Shown: positions 19,542 through 28,935, counted from the first letter of the stretch. The stretch: 43,047 bases of DNA from Chthoniobacteraceae bacterium (GCA_040081625.1 JBEBGD010000040.1:1-43047), one strand, 5' to 3'. The notes: generated from the sequence alone by a model not told the origin. A program made the numbers and translations.

Positions 19542-21092
19542 TCAGCGCCGGGGAGCATCGAGGACGACGTGATGCTCGCGCAGGCTCGTGCCGGTCTGCC
19601 GATGGTATCCGCTCACGGCCTTGTTGAAGTCGGTGTGTGCGCGCAACTCGGCGGACTCGGCCTCGGCGAGCTTCTTCTGAAGCTCGAGCACCTCGAAGGT
19701 CGTGCCGGTTCCTGCGCGCAGGCGCTCTTCGCCTGCGTCGAGGCTTTCCTTCGCAAGCGCGCGCGCCTCCTGGGTGGAGGCGATGCGCTGGCGCGCGGTG
19801 ACCACGGACCCGTTGGCGTTGTCCACCCTGACGACGATTTCCTGTTCGAGCTGCTGGAGGCTCACGAGCGCCTGTGCGGCGGCGAGCTTCGCGCCGGCGA
19901 CGGAGGCCCGGCCTTCGCGGTTGGGAATCGGCACGCTGAAGATCGCACCGACGGTCCAGGCCGACTCGTCGCGCTTGGGCACGCGGCTGAGACTCGTGCC
20001 GAGATCGTTGTCGATGCCGAGCAGGTGCAGGCTCGTGCTCAGATCGAAGCGCGGTAGCGCGGCGTTCTTTGTGAATGCGAGTGTGATATGGCGGCGCTCG
20101 ATCTCGAGCATCGCCTGGCGGTAGTCGGGCCGGAGCTGGAGCGCCTCGGCGACTCCCGCGCGGACGTCGGCAGCGAATCCCGGCGTGGTCGGCGGAGCGA
20201 TCTCGACAGAGATGTCGAGCATCGACTCGAGATCGCGCGTGATGAGCTGCTTGAGGAAATTCTCGCGGTCCTTGATCTGTCGCGCGGCGAGGATCACCGC
20301 TTCCTCGCGCGCAGCAGCCTCGGCGCGGGCGGTGGTGATGTTCAGCGGCGACATGACGCCGATATCCATGCGCTTGGTGTTGTCGTTGACGAGCTGGAGT
20401 GCAAGCGAGCGGTTGCCGCGAGCGACCTTGAGGTTTTCGTGCGCGAAGTGCAGCTCGTTGTAAGCAGCGACCGTGTCGTCGATCACGTCGATGACCTGCT
20501 GGCGCAGCCGCCACTCGGAGACGAGCAGGTTGTTCCGCGCGATGCGGAGTTGGGCGAGGTTTGCGCTCGGGCCGGCACCGCGGAGAAGCGGTTGATTCAC
20601 GCTGAAACTCGCCTCGCCCGTCCAGCGCTCACTGAGGCCGTCGAGAGAGTCGATATTGCGCACGCCCAGCCGCAGGTCGTATTCGAGCCCCCACGGAGTG
20701 GTGCCGCCGAGTCCCGTGCTTACGCGGCTGCTCTGCGTCACGCCGCTGGCGAGAAAGTGCGAGAGGCCGCTGAAGGTGTCCGCGGCGATCTCGGCTGAGT
20801 TGGCCGGCGTTTCGCCGAAGCGCGCCCGCGGGCGGAAGACGTCGCGCAGCGTGTCTTCGCCGCGTGTGGCGGTGATATCGAAGACCGGATCGAAGCGCCC
20901 GCCCTCCTCCGTCACGCGCTCGGTCGCGATCTGCGGCGAGAAGCTCTCGACCTCGATCGAGAAGTTACGCGCCAGCGCCATCTCGATCGCCTTGTGGAGC
21001 GTGAGCCGCAGCGTGGTCGGGCGGAGCGCCGGCTTTTCCGCGGCGCCCGCCGCGAGGGCGAGAGTGAGAGTGAGGACGAGGTGACGAAACAC
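19542..21092 (-). CDS. TolC-family outer membrane protein
   Basis: LTLHKAIEMALARN, QPLLRGAG, ALQLRPDY, LPRFDL and GTTFEVLELQ, i.e. OEP repeats. GTG 21092 gives a clean signal peptide (the ORF track starts at 21137). Confidence 0.88.
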   Translation of the reverse strand: MFRHLVLTLTLALAAGAAEKPALRPTTLRLTLHKAIEMALARNFSIEVESFSPQIATERVTEEGGRFDPVFDITATRGEDTLRDVFRPRARFGETPANSAEIAADTFSGLSHFLASGVTQSSRVSTGLGGTTPWGLEYDLRLGVRNIDSLDGLSERWTGEASFSVNQPLLRGAGPSANLAQLRIARNNLLVSEWRLRQQVIDVIDDTVAAYNELHFAHENLKVARGNRSLALQLVNDNTKRMDIGVMSPLNITTARAEAAAREEAVILAARQIKDRENFLKQLITRDLESMLDISVEIAPPTTPGFAADVRAGVAEALQLRPDYRQAMLEIERRHITLAFTKNAALPRFDLSTSLHLLGIDNDLGTSLSRVPKRDESAWTVGAIFSVPIPNREGRASVAGAKLAAAQALVSLQQLEQEIVVRVDNANGSVVTARQRIASTQEARALAKESLDAGEERLRAGTGTTFEVLELQKKLAEAESAELRAHTDFNKAVSGYHRQTGTSLREHHVVLDAPRR

Positions 21093-21166
21093 GTGGAGGG
21101 CGAAAGCGCATTTCGGCGCAAGTTGCAAGGGAGACACGCCTCTCCAACCGCGTGATCGTCGGCGCG

Positions 21167-22309
21167 TTAGGCGCCGGTTCGCGAAACAGGGCGCACGGGC
21201 AGCGGCGGCGGGCGCAGCCCGGCGGGCTTCGCGGAGCTGCCGAGCGCGGTCTGGATCATCACGAACTCGCCGATGTTTTCAGGCGTGAACAAGCCGACGA
21301 GTTTGCCGGTGCTGTCGATCACCGGCAGCGCGGGTGTCCGGCTTTCCTGCATGATGGCGAAGGCGCGGTCGCACAGCATGGTGTCGCGCACGCTCGGCAC
21401 ATCGGTGCGCATGATCTGGCCGATCGGGGTGTCCGGGCCGGTCTTTCGGAGACCGGCGATGAGATCGTCGCGCGTGAGCACGCCGCAGACGGCACTGGAG
21501 CCATTGACCACGGGGAAGTCGCCCTGCGACGTGTGGAGCACCGCTTCGCAGGCGGCGTGCAGTGTGGCGGTGTGGTCGAGCGCCTCGAAGCGGGTGATCA
21601 TCGCATCGCGCACGCGCAGGCCGTTGGAGATCGAGCGCATCTGTGCGTGGGCGGCCTCGCTTTGCGCGCCAAAAAAAACGAAGAGCGCGACGAGCGCGAG
21701 GAGGGGCAGGCCATTGAGCAGGGCGAAAAGTCCGCCCATCGCCGCGAGGCCCTGCCCGATGGACGCGGCGATGTTCGTCGCGCGGACGTAGTCCATCCGC
21801 ATCGCGAGCAGCGATCGCAGGACCCGGCCGCCGTCCATCGGGAAAGCGGGGATGAGGTTGAAGATGACGAGCGCGGCGTTCGCGTAGGTCAGCTTGGCGA
21901 GCAGGCCCGAATCGAATCGTTGCAGCGCTTCGGGATCGAGCAGGTCGCTGCCCGCAAACGGAAACAGGATCGCGAAGATGACGACGTTGACCAGCGGCCC
22001 GCACACGGCCACGACGAGCTCTTCGCCGGGCTTGTCCGGCATCCGCTCGAGCCGCGCGAGACCGCCGATCGGCAGCAGTGTGATGTCCGGCGTATGAATG
22101 CCGTAGCGCCGCGCGGCCATGGCGTGGCCAAACTCGTGGAGCAGCACGCAGAGAAACACGAGGCAGATGAATGCGACCCCGTGAATCGCCGCGCCGATGC
22201 CGCCCTGGCCGAAGAAGAGGAAACCGTAGAAGGCGACCAGCAGCGGAAAGGTCGCGAGAACCCGCACTTCGATGCCCAGGATGCGGGCGATAGTAAAAGA
22301 CCAGCGCAT
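21167..22309 (-). CDS. Site-2 protease (peptidase M50) with a CBS domain pair
   Basis: HEFGH zinc motif, FNLIPAFPMDGGRVLR, multiple TM helices and C-terminal CBS repeats. Confidence 0.93.
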   Translation of the reverse strand: MRWSFTIARILGIEVRVLATFPLLVAFYGFLFFGQGGIGAAIHGVAFICLVFLCVLLHEFGHAMAARRYGIHTPDITLLPIGGLARLERMPDKPGEELVVAVCGPLVNVVIFAILFPFAGSDLLDPEALQRFDSGLLAKLTYANAALVIFNLIPAFPMDGGRVLRSLLAMRMDYVRATNIAASIGQGLAAMGGLFALLNGLPLLALVALFVFFGAQSEAAHAQMRSISNGLRVRDAMITRFEALDHTATLHAACEAVLHTSQGDFPVVNGSSAVCGVLTRDDLIAGLRKTGPDTPIGQIMRTDVPSVRDTMLCDRAFAIMQESRTPALPVIDSTGKLVGLFTPENIGEFVMIQTALGSSAKPAGLRPPPLPVRPVSRTGA

Positions 22310-22394
22310 GAGCGACCGACCTTAGCGGTCCCTGTGCACACAGCAACGGTGCACGCGTTTGTTTTCCGCGGGGAGGATGCTTCAATGCGCGCCG

Positions 22395-23552
22395 ATGGAT
22401 GCACCTTTCACCTTTTCACCTCCCGGCCGGCTCATCGACTTCATGCGTGAAGCTGGCGAGCCGGGCCTCATCAATCTCGCTGCCGGCGTGCCCGGCACCG
22501 AGTCGCTCCCCGCTCAGGAGCTCAGCGAAGCGATGGCGCGCGGATTCGCGACGGATGGCGCGGCGATGTTTGCGTATCACCATCCCGACGGCGATCCGCG
22601 GCTGCGCGAGCTGCTCGCCGAGCGCCTGCGCGAGCGCGGCGCGGACGTGCGCGCGGAGCAGGTGCTCACCGTCACCGGCTGCCAGCAAGGCCTTCAGCTC
22701 ATGCTCGATGTGCTCGCGCAGCCGGGCGACATCGTCGCGTGCGAAGTGCCGGTCTATTACGCGCTGCTCGAGCTGATCGCCGTGCGCGGCTGCCGCATCC
22801 TGCCGGTGCCGGTGCGCGGACCGGAGAGCTTCGATCTCGATGAAGTCGATGCGCTGCTCGCGCGGTGGAAGCCGAAGTGCCTCTTCGTCTGCACCACGCT
22901 CTCGAACCCGACCGGCGCGACGATCCCGGAGGCGAACCGTCCGAAGCTCGTCGAAATCTGCCGTCGCCACGGCGTGCGCATCGTCGAGGACGACATCTAC
23001 GCGAAGCTGGTCGAAGGCGGCGCGCCGCCGCCGCTGCGCGCGTTCGACGACGGCTCGACGGTGAGCTTCGTGAGCAGCTTCTCGAAATCCATCTCGCCCG
23101 GCCTGCGCGCCGGCGTGTGCGTGCCGGGCACGATCTACGAGCGCGTCGCCGAGCGGAAGGTGCAGCAGGACATGCACGGCTCGGTCGTCAGCGAAGTGAC
23201 GCTGCGCTGCTTCCTCGAATCCGGCGCGATCGAGCCGCACCTCGCCACTCTGCGCGAACGCAACGCGCGTCGCCGCGCCCTCGCGAACGCCGCGATCGAG
23301 CGTGCCTTTCCCGCCGGCACGCGCGTATGGCCGCAGCGCGGCGGCTACATGGTGTGGGCGGAGCTGCCTGGCTTGTTTGATCTCGCGAAGGCGCGCGACC
23401 TCGCGCGCAAAGAGCGCGTGGTCTTCGCCGCAGGCACGGTTTTCTTTCCGGCGCCGCCGGACCGCTCGTTCATGCGGCTGAACTGCGCGAAGGCCGGCGA
23501 GGATGAACTCGTGCGAGGATTGGAAATCCTCGGTGCGGTGCTCTCGGACTGA
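22395..23552 (+). CDS. PLP-dependent class I aminotransferase (MocR/ARO8-like, no wHTH)
   Basis: SNPTG, IVEDDIY, PLP lysine in SFSKSISPGLRAG, and MRLN. Start set at ATG 22395. Confidence 0.88.
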   Translation: MDAPFTFSPPGRLIDFMREAGEPGLINLAAGVPGTESLPAQELSEAMARGFATDGAAMFAYHHPDGDPRLRELLAERLRERGADVRAEQVLTVTGCQQGLQLMLDVLAQPGDIVACEVPVYYALLELIAVRGCRILPVPVRGPESFDLDEVDALLARWKPKCLFVCTTLSNPTGATIPEANRPKLVEICRRHGVRIVEDDIYAKLVEGGAPPPLRAFDDGSTVSFVSSFSKSISPGLRAGVCVPGTIYERVAERKVQQDMHGSVVSEVTLRCFLESGAIEPHLATLRERNARRRALANAAIERAFPAGTRVWPQRGGYMVWAELPGLFDLAKARDLARKERVVFAAGTVFFPAPPDRSFMRLNCAKAGEDELVRGLEILGAVLSD

Positions 23553-23558
23553 CGGCGT

Positions 23559-24071
23559 TTACTTCAGCCCTTCGACCGCATTCAGCACATCGGCAGCGTG
23601 CGTCTCAGTGCTCGCCTTGAGCATCGTCCACGCGACCTTGCCGTCCTTGATGAGGAAAGACTGCCGCTTCGTGAGTCCCGCGACGGGGATCATCTCCACC
23701 TCGAATGCTTTCGCCACTTTGCCGTCGTGATCGGCGATGAGCGGGAAAGGGAAGCTGAACTTATCGCGGAACTTCTTTTGCGCGTCGGGCTTGTCCTCGC
23801 TCACGCCGAGGACCTGGATGCCCTTGGCCTGGAGCGGCGCCCATGAGTCGCGCAGGCTGCAGCCCTGCTTGGTGCAGCCGGGCGTGTCGGCCTTCGGGTA
23901 GAAGTAAACGAGCGTCACCCCCTTCGCGTAAACGTCGGCGAAGTTTACGGCTTTCCCGTCCTGATCGACGGCGCTGATTTTCGGCGCGGGCGCACCGACC
24001 GCGAGCGGATCGGCCTTCGCGGCGAAACCGAGGATGGAGAGGAGAGACATGGCGAGGAGTGTCGTTTTCAT
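23559..24071 (-). CDS. bcp: Peroxiredoxin, BCP/PrxQ type, with a signal peptide
   Basis: YFYPKADTPGCTKQGC and FPLIADHDGKVA, plus an N-terminal signal peptide. Confidence 0.9.
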   Translation of the reverse strand: MKTTLLAMSLLSILGFAAKADPLAVGAPAPKISAVDQDGKAVNFADVYAKGVTLVYFYPKADTPGCTKQGCSLRDSWAPLQAKGIQVLGVSEDKPDAQKKFRDKFSFPFPLIADHDGKVAKAFEVEMIPVAGLTKRQSFLIKDGKVAWTMLKASTETHAADVLNAVEGLK

Positions 24072-24080
24072 TAGTGGAGA

Positions 24081-24118
24081 ATTGAGGCAGCGCGCTGCTC
24101 AATACTCAACACTCAACT
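24081..24118. repeat. Near-perfect palindrome plus three tandem heptamers
   Basis: ATTGAGGCAGCGCGCTGCTCAAT (24081-24103) overlaps CTCAATA-CTCAACA-CTCAACT (24098-24118) in the esterase/bcp intergenic gap. Confidence 0.5.
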
Positions 24119-24123
24119 CGCAT

Positions 24124-24909
24124 CTACCTTAGCCACTCCAGCACGCGCTGGATCTGTGCATCCCAGTAGCCCCATTCGTGCGCGCCGGGGCTCTCCTCGT
24201 AGGTGTGATCGTAGTGGACCGTTTCGAGGTGGCGGTGAAAGCCGCGATTGTCGGTGAGCAGTTCGTCCTCCGTGCCGCAGCAGACGAAGAGCCGTGGCTT
24301 CGGCCCGCTCGATCCCGCGACGCGACGCGCGAGTGCGTGCAAGTCGGCGTCGGTGCCCTCGACGTTCAGCTTCGAGCCGAAGATGCCGAGCAGCTCCTCC
24401 TTGCTCAGTCGTCCGCCTTGCTTGGCCGCGTCGCGCAGGCGGCGGTTGATGTCGAGCGCGCCGCTCAAGCTTGCGGCAGCGGCGTAGCCCTCCCGATTCG
24501 CAAGCGCCATCCGCAGCGCGCCGTAGCCTCCCATCGACAGGCCGGCGACAAAGTTGTCCTCGCGCTTTGCCGAAAGCGGAAACCACGCGCGGCAGAGCAC
24601 CGGCAGCTCCTCGGTGAGGAAGGTCCAGTATCGCGCGCCATTCGCCATGTCCTGATAGTAGCTGCGTCCCGCCGCGGGCATCACGACCGCGATGTTTTTC
24701 TCCGCCGCGTAGCGCTCGATCGAAGTGCGCCGCAACCAGATCGTGTGGTCGTCGCTCAGCCCGTGCAGCAGCCAGAGCACGGGATAGTGTGCGCGAGTCT
24801 CGCCGGATGCGACGCCGATCTGTCGCTGCGCCGACTGCGGCAGGAGGACGTAGAAATTGACCTGCAAGCCGAGCGAGTCAGAGAAGGCGTGAACGTCGAG
24901 GAAAGCCAT
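24124..24909 (-). CDS. Alpha/beta-hydrolase esterase (tributyrin esterase / S-formylglutathione hydrolase family)
   Basis: YPVLWLLHGLSDD, nucleophile elbow GLSMGG, CGTED, and GAHEWGYWD. Confidence 0.9.
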   Translation of the reverse strand: MAFLDVHAFSDSLGLQVNFYVLLPQSAQRQIGVASGETRAHYPVLWLLHGLSDDHTIWLRRTSIERYAAEKNIAVVMPAAGRSYYQDMANGARYWTFLTEELPVLCRAWFPLSAKREDNFVAGLSMGGYGALRMALANREGYAAAASLSGALDINRRLRDAAKQGGRLSKEELLGIFGSKLNVEGTDADLHALARRVAGSSGPKPRLFVCCGTEDELLTDNRGFHRHLETVHYDHTYEESPGAHEWGYWDAQIQRVLEWLR

Positions 24910-24942
24910 GCGCGCAGTCTCTGCGGGCGCGGACGCGTTTGT

Positions 24943-26475
24943 CTAGCGCGGCCCGACCGTGAGCACGACCGGCTTGCCGTCGAACTGCTCCTTGCTCGTC
25001 AGCTCGAAGCCGTGCTCGGTCTTGCGATAAGTCGCGCGGTCGGCGGGCAGCGCGGATTCGCCTTTCGCCTGCACATCGAGCGCGGCGCGGAGGAGCGCGA
25101 GGCGCGCCTCGCCTTTCAGCTCGCTCTCTCTCGCCTTGAGCACAGCGGGCGCGAGCAGCGCGATGAAGACATTGCGTTGAGCGTCAGTCTTCGCCGTCTG
25201 CTCGAAGGCAGCGGCTTCCTTTTTCATTTCCTCGCGCGGCAGGCCGATGATGCGTGCCAGTTCGGTCATCTGCGTCCGGTAGTCCTCGATGAGTTTGCGC
25301 ACGCCGGCTTCGTCCTTCGGCAGCGTGCCGAGTTGCTTGAGCACTTCGTCGGAGTTCTGGTCGATGGGTGCGAGGAGCTGCCCGAGCCACGCGCGCACAT
25401 CGAGCGCCGCACCGCTCTTTTTCACCTCCGCGTCGAGTTCGACGGAAAGCCACGCGCTCATGTTCTTGCCTTCTGCCGCCACGCACTCGGCGATGCTCGG
25501 CGCCGGCTCGACGTATTGCACGACGTAGACGAGAAAGTCGGGTGTCTTTTCATCCCACTGCGGCAGCATCGCCGCCGCCGACTCGATCGCCATCGTCTCG
25601 ATCGAGATGCCGACGAGCCGGCTGATGAGCAGCGGCGTTGCCGCGACGTGCCGCGCCATCAGCAGCACCTGCGCATGCTGATCGGACGCCGCGCGCGCAT
25701 CCCCGAGGCGTGCCTTGAGCAGCGCGAGCTTCGCGATGTCGCGCAACGGGCCGAGATGCGGCAGCGCGAGCGACGGACCTTTGGCGAGGTCGAGATTCCA
25801 CTCGCAGAAGTCCGCGCGGCTCGCCTCGGCGAACAGCTTCAGCGCGGCGTCCGCCTTCGCCACGAGAGCGCGCTCGGCGTCGCCCGGTGTGGGCGACTTC
25901 GCGTCGAGCAGCCTCTTCTCGGCGTCGTCGAGCTTCGGCATCGCCGCAAAGGCCTGCCAGTAGAGCGGCGAAGCGTTCACCGGCACATGGTTCTTCGCCG
26001 TGATCTGGATCGTCAGCATCCGGTCCGAACGCGCCGAGGTGGCTAGCGGCAGGTCGCGCGGCTCGCCGCTCTTGAGGCGCAGGACGAAGGGCACTTCGTC
26101 CACGCGCAGGTGCGCCCACATCCCATCGCGCGCCGCCTTCATTTCGCCGTCGAGTTCGCGCATCGTGGCGATGCCGCGCAGGATCACGTCGTCGCCTTCC
26201 ATCCATGCAGTAACGTCGAGCACGATGCCGGTCGTGAAGTCGATCAGCGCGTCCTTCACCGCTGTCTCGGGGAGAGCTGCGTGAGTCTCGCGGGTGATTT
26301 CGATTGTTGCCCTGCACCCTTCGCGAGTCGTGATGCGCGGCGCACTGAGCAGATCGACCTTGCCCGTTTTGGCGTCGGTTTCGGTGAAGCGGCTTGAGAT
26401 TTCGATCAAAGTTTTCGGCGTGTCGGCCGCGAAAGCCGAGCAGACGAGGGCGAGGAGCGGGAGGGTGTGTTTCAC
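24943..26475 (-). CDS. Secreted hypothetical protein: secretin-like N-terminal fragment plus a helical domain
   Basis: Signal peptide. LLSAPRITTREG...ATIEI and TGIVLDVT resemble secretin beta-hairpin motifs. The remainder is helical, and the start overlaps the anti-sigma stop. Confidence 0.7.
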   Translation of the reverse strand: MKHTLPLLALVCSAFAADTPKTLIEISSRFTETDAKTGKVDLLSAPRITTREGCRATIEITRETHAALPETAVKDALIDFTTGIVLDVTAWMEGDDVILRGIATMRELDGEMKAARDGMWAHLRVDEVPFVLRLKSGEPRDLPLATSARSDRMLTIQITAKNHVPVNASPLYWQAFAAMPKLDDAEKRLLDAKSPTPGDAERALVAKADAALKLFAEASRADFCEWNLDLAKGPSLALPHLGPLRDIAKLALLKARLGDARAASDQHAQVLLMARHVAATPLLISRLVGISIETMAIESAAAMLPQWDEKTPDFLVYVVQYVEPAPSIAECVAAEGKNMSAWLSVELDAEVKKSGAALDVRAWLGQLLAPIDQNSDEVLKQLGTLPKDEAGVRKLIEDYRTQMTELARIIGLPREEMKKEAAAFEQTAKTDAQRNVFIALLAPAVLKARESELKGEARLALLRAALDVQAKGESALPADRATYRKTEHGFELTSKEQFDGKPVVLTVGPR

Positions 26476-26897
26476 GGCTGGAGTCTGACTGAGGTGAGGA
26501 GTGTTTCGTTGGTGGCTGAAAGGCGTTCGTCGAACACGTTGGCGTGCTCACGGAGCAGCGCGTCGAGCGCTTCATCGCTGCGGGCGGCGGCGCGCTGGTA
26601 GGCAAACCAAGTCGGGGGCTGGGGCTCGATTGGTTGCGGCTCAGGCGAGGAGGGCCAAAGCGCGATGAGCACGCTTGCGGCGATGGCGAGCGGCCATATC
26701 GCGCGCCGGAATTCGAAGCGCATGACCGGCTCGAAATCGCGCAGCGCATGCAGCGCGTCGCACAGCGCGAAGAAGTCCGCGTGCCGCGCACGGCACGCAG
26801 GGCACGTGGCGAGGTGTTCGTCCACACGCGGCGCGTCCTCGCCCGCGGCGTGCAGCGGGAGGTCTTCGGCGATGGCGGCGCAGGTGGTCACGCTCAT
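26472..26897 (-). CDS. Zinc-finger (zf-HC2) anti-sigma factor
   Basis: Starts at ATG 26897, overlapping the sigma stop. Contains HLATCPAC (HxxxCxxC), then the TM helix AIWPLAIAASVLIALWP. Confidence 0.85.
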   Translation of the reverse strand: MSVTTCAAIAEDLPLHAAGEDAPRVDEHLATCPACRARHADFFALCDALHALRDFEPVMRFEFRRAIWPLAIAASVLIALWPSSPEPQPIEPQPPTWFAYQRAAARSDEALDALLREHANVFDERLSATNETLLTSVRLQP

Positions 26898-27463
26898 GAT
26901 TCCCGCGCCGCGGCGAAAAGGTTCATGCCGCGCAGTTTTTCCAGCGCGTGGTGGAGGCGCGACTTCACCGTGCCGAGCGGCACGTCGAGCGCGGCGGCGA
27001 TTTCGTCGAGCGCGCAGTCGGCGAAAAACCGCAGCTCGATCACCGCGCGATGTTCCCCCGGCAGCGCGGCGACCGCGTCGCGGAGTTGCTCCGCTGCTTC
27101 GCGCTGGAGCGCTGCGTGAGCGGGCGAATGCGGGTCGATCGCCTCCGGCTGCGACCCTTCGTGTGGGGTGGGCAGGCGCGGACGACTTGCGGCGTGGCGC
27201 ACGGCCTTGTAGCTGCGGTGGACGAGGATCGCGTGCAGCCAGGTCGTGAAGCGGCAGCGTCCGTCGAAGCGCGCGAGCGACCGCCACGCCTCGGTGAACG
27301 TCTCCTGGACGATGTCCTCGGCGAGGTGCGCATCGCGTGTGAGCGTGAGCGCCGTGCACAACAGTCGGCCTTCGTGTAGGGTCGTGAGCGTGCTGAAAGC
27401 GTCGGCGTCGCCGCTTTGCGCGAGGGCGATGAGTTCGCTATCGATGGATTCGGGCTGGGACAA
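26894..27463 (-). CDS. ECF RNA polymerase sigma-70 factor
   Basis: AQSGDADAF, AEDIVQETF, FTTWLHAI and region 4 EIAAALDVPLGTVKSRLHHA. Probable TTG start at 27463; the ORF-track extension overlaps the upstream gene. Confidence 0.9.
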   Translation of the reverse strand: MSQPESIDSELIALAQSGDADAFSTLTTLHEGRLLCTALTLTRDAHLAEDIVQETFTEAWRSLARFDGRCRFTTWLHAILVHRSYKAVRHAASRPRLPTPHEGSQPEAIDPHSPAHAALQREAAEQLRDAVAALPGEHRAVIELRFFADCALDEIAAALDVPLGTVKSRLHHALEKLRGMNLFAAARES

Positions 27464-27516
27464 CGTGCGGATGATTGCCGCTGCGCAGCCGGAAAGTTCA
27501 CTCGAAATCTTCGCGT

Positions 27517-28935
27517 CTATTCCCTCGGTCGCGCGTGGCCGAAGAACGCGCGCTTCCTGATGCAGTCGGCGACCTGCTCCGGCACCATGGCCTCCCACGC
27601 CTCGTCGCCGGCGGCGATGCGCTGGAGCACGTCGCGGCTGAAGATGTGCAGGTAGTCGGGGTTGAAGTTGTCGAGGTTCACGAAGCTGCCGCGATCGGTG
27701 AGGTAGCCGTAAAGCTGGGCCAGCGGGCCGGTGACCGGCACGTCGCTGATGGTCGTGAGCGGCTCCTTCCGGTCCTTCCGCACGGGATACACAAAGAGCT
27801 TGAGTTCGTTTTTGAAGAGCCGGCCGAAGCTCTCGAGGATGCCGCCGGGCAGGTCGATGTAGTATTTCTCGTCGAAAAGCTCCACGAGGCTCGGCACTCC
27901 CATGACGATGCCCACCCGCTCCTGCGTGAAGTTTTGCAGATACGCCGCGAGCCGGTAGTAGCGGAAGAAATCCGAGATCATCACCGTCATGCCACACGCG
28001 CACATGAGGTCGGCGCGCGCGAGGAAATCGCGCCGGTCCACTTCGCTGCGCTCGGTGAGCAGATTGCGCATCGTGATTTCCATCAGCTCGAGGATCGGCT
28101 TGCCGGCGTTCGCCGGGTCGGCGGCGAATTTCTCCCGCGCACAACGCATCATGTCCACGTTCACGTGCGTCACCGGCCGGAAGCTGCCGCGCTCGACGAG
28201 GATCGCCTTTTTATAAAGCACCTCGCTCGGCTGGAGCACGTCGCCTTTCGGCCCGAACATCGCGACGCCGGAGAGGCCGAGTTGCACGAGCTTGAGCGCC
28301 ATCACGCGGTTGTCCACGTAGCGGAATTCGATCCCGTTAAACTCGATCACGTCGATCTCGATCCGGCTCGTGCCGAGCGAGTCGAGCAGGCCTTCCACGA
28401 TCTTGTCCGGGTCGTGGTGGAGGAGGAAGGCGCCGTGGAGCAGGTTCACGCCGACGATGCCGAGCGCCTCCTGCTGCTGCGCGGCGCCTTCGTCGAGCAT
28501 CCGCACGTGGAGCAGGATCTGGCTCGGGTCGTCGTGCGGGTGGGCCTGATACTTCACGCCCATCCAGCCGTGACACTCATTGCCGCCCTTGAAGCTGCGC
28601 GCGACTACGGTGTCGGCGAAAGCGAAGAACGAAGTCGTGTCGCCGCGCGCCCCGCCGAGGCGCTCGAGATTCAGCGAAAACTCGTGATCGAGCATCGACT
28701 GAAGCCGGTCGCGCGAGACGTAGCGCCGGGCCGGCCCGTAGATCGCGTCGCTGACCTGCATGTCGTAAGCCGACATCGACTTGGCGACCGAGCCCGCCGC
28801 CGCGCCGACGCGGAAGAACCAGCGCACGACTTCCTGCCCCGCGCCGATCTCGGCGAAGCTGCCATACCAGCGCGGATCGAGATTGATCTGCAGCGCCTTT
28901 TGGTGCGTGTCGGTCTGCGGTGTGGTCTCGGTCAT
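27517..28935 (-). CDS. Uncharacterised nucleotidyltransferase-superfamily protein (CinA-C/PncC-like N-terminus, NadD-like C-terminus)
   Basis: N-terminal SFAEIGAGQEV...SVAKSMSAYD. C-terminal RGSFRPVTHVN and IFSRDVLQRIAAGDEAWEAMVPEQVADCI, like the NadD tail. Start ATG 28935 overlaps the upstream stop. Confidence 0.65.
   Translation of the reverse strand: MTETTPQTDTHQKALQINLDPRWYGSFAEIGAGQEVVRWFFRVGAAAGSVAKSMSAYDMQVSDAIYGPARRYVSRDRLQSMLDHEFSLNLERLGGARGDTTSFFAFADTVVARSFKGGNECHGWMGVKYQAHPHDDPSQILLHVRMLDEGAAQQQEALGIVGVNLLHGAFLLHHDPDKIVEGLLDSLGTSRIEIDVIEFNGIEFRYVDNRVMALKLVQLGLSGVAMFGPKGDVLQPSEVLYKKAILVERGSFRPVTHVNVDMMRCAREKFAADPANAGKPILELMEITMRNLLTERSEVDRRDFLARADLMCACGMTVMISDFFRYYRLAAYLQNFTQERVGIVMGVPSLVELFDEKYYIDLPGGILESFGRLFKNELKLFVYPVRKDRKEPLTTISDVPVTGPLAQLYGYLTDRGSFVNLDNFNPDYLHIFSRDVLQRIAAGDEAWEAMVPEQVADCIRKRAFFGHARPRE

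Noticed and set aside
22395..23552. MocR/GabR transcription factor
   Set aside because: No N-terminal GntR winged-HTH; the length fits a stand-alone aminotransferase.
27517..28935. TonB-dependent receptor label
   Set aside because: No signal peptide, no amphipathic beta-barrel pattern and no terminal aromatic residue; the motifs are those of a cytoplasmic alpha/beta enzyme.
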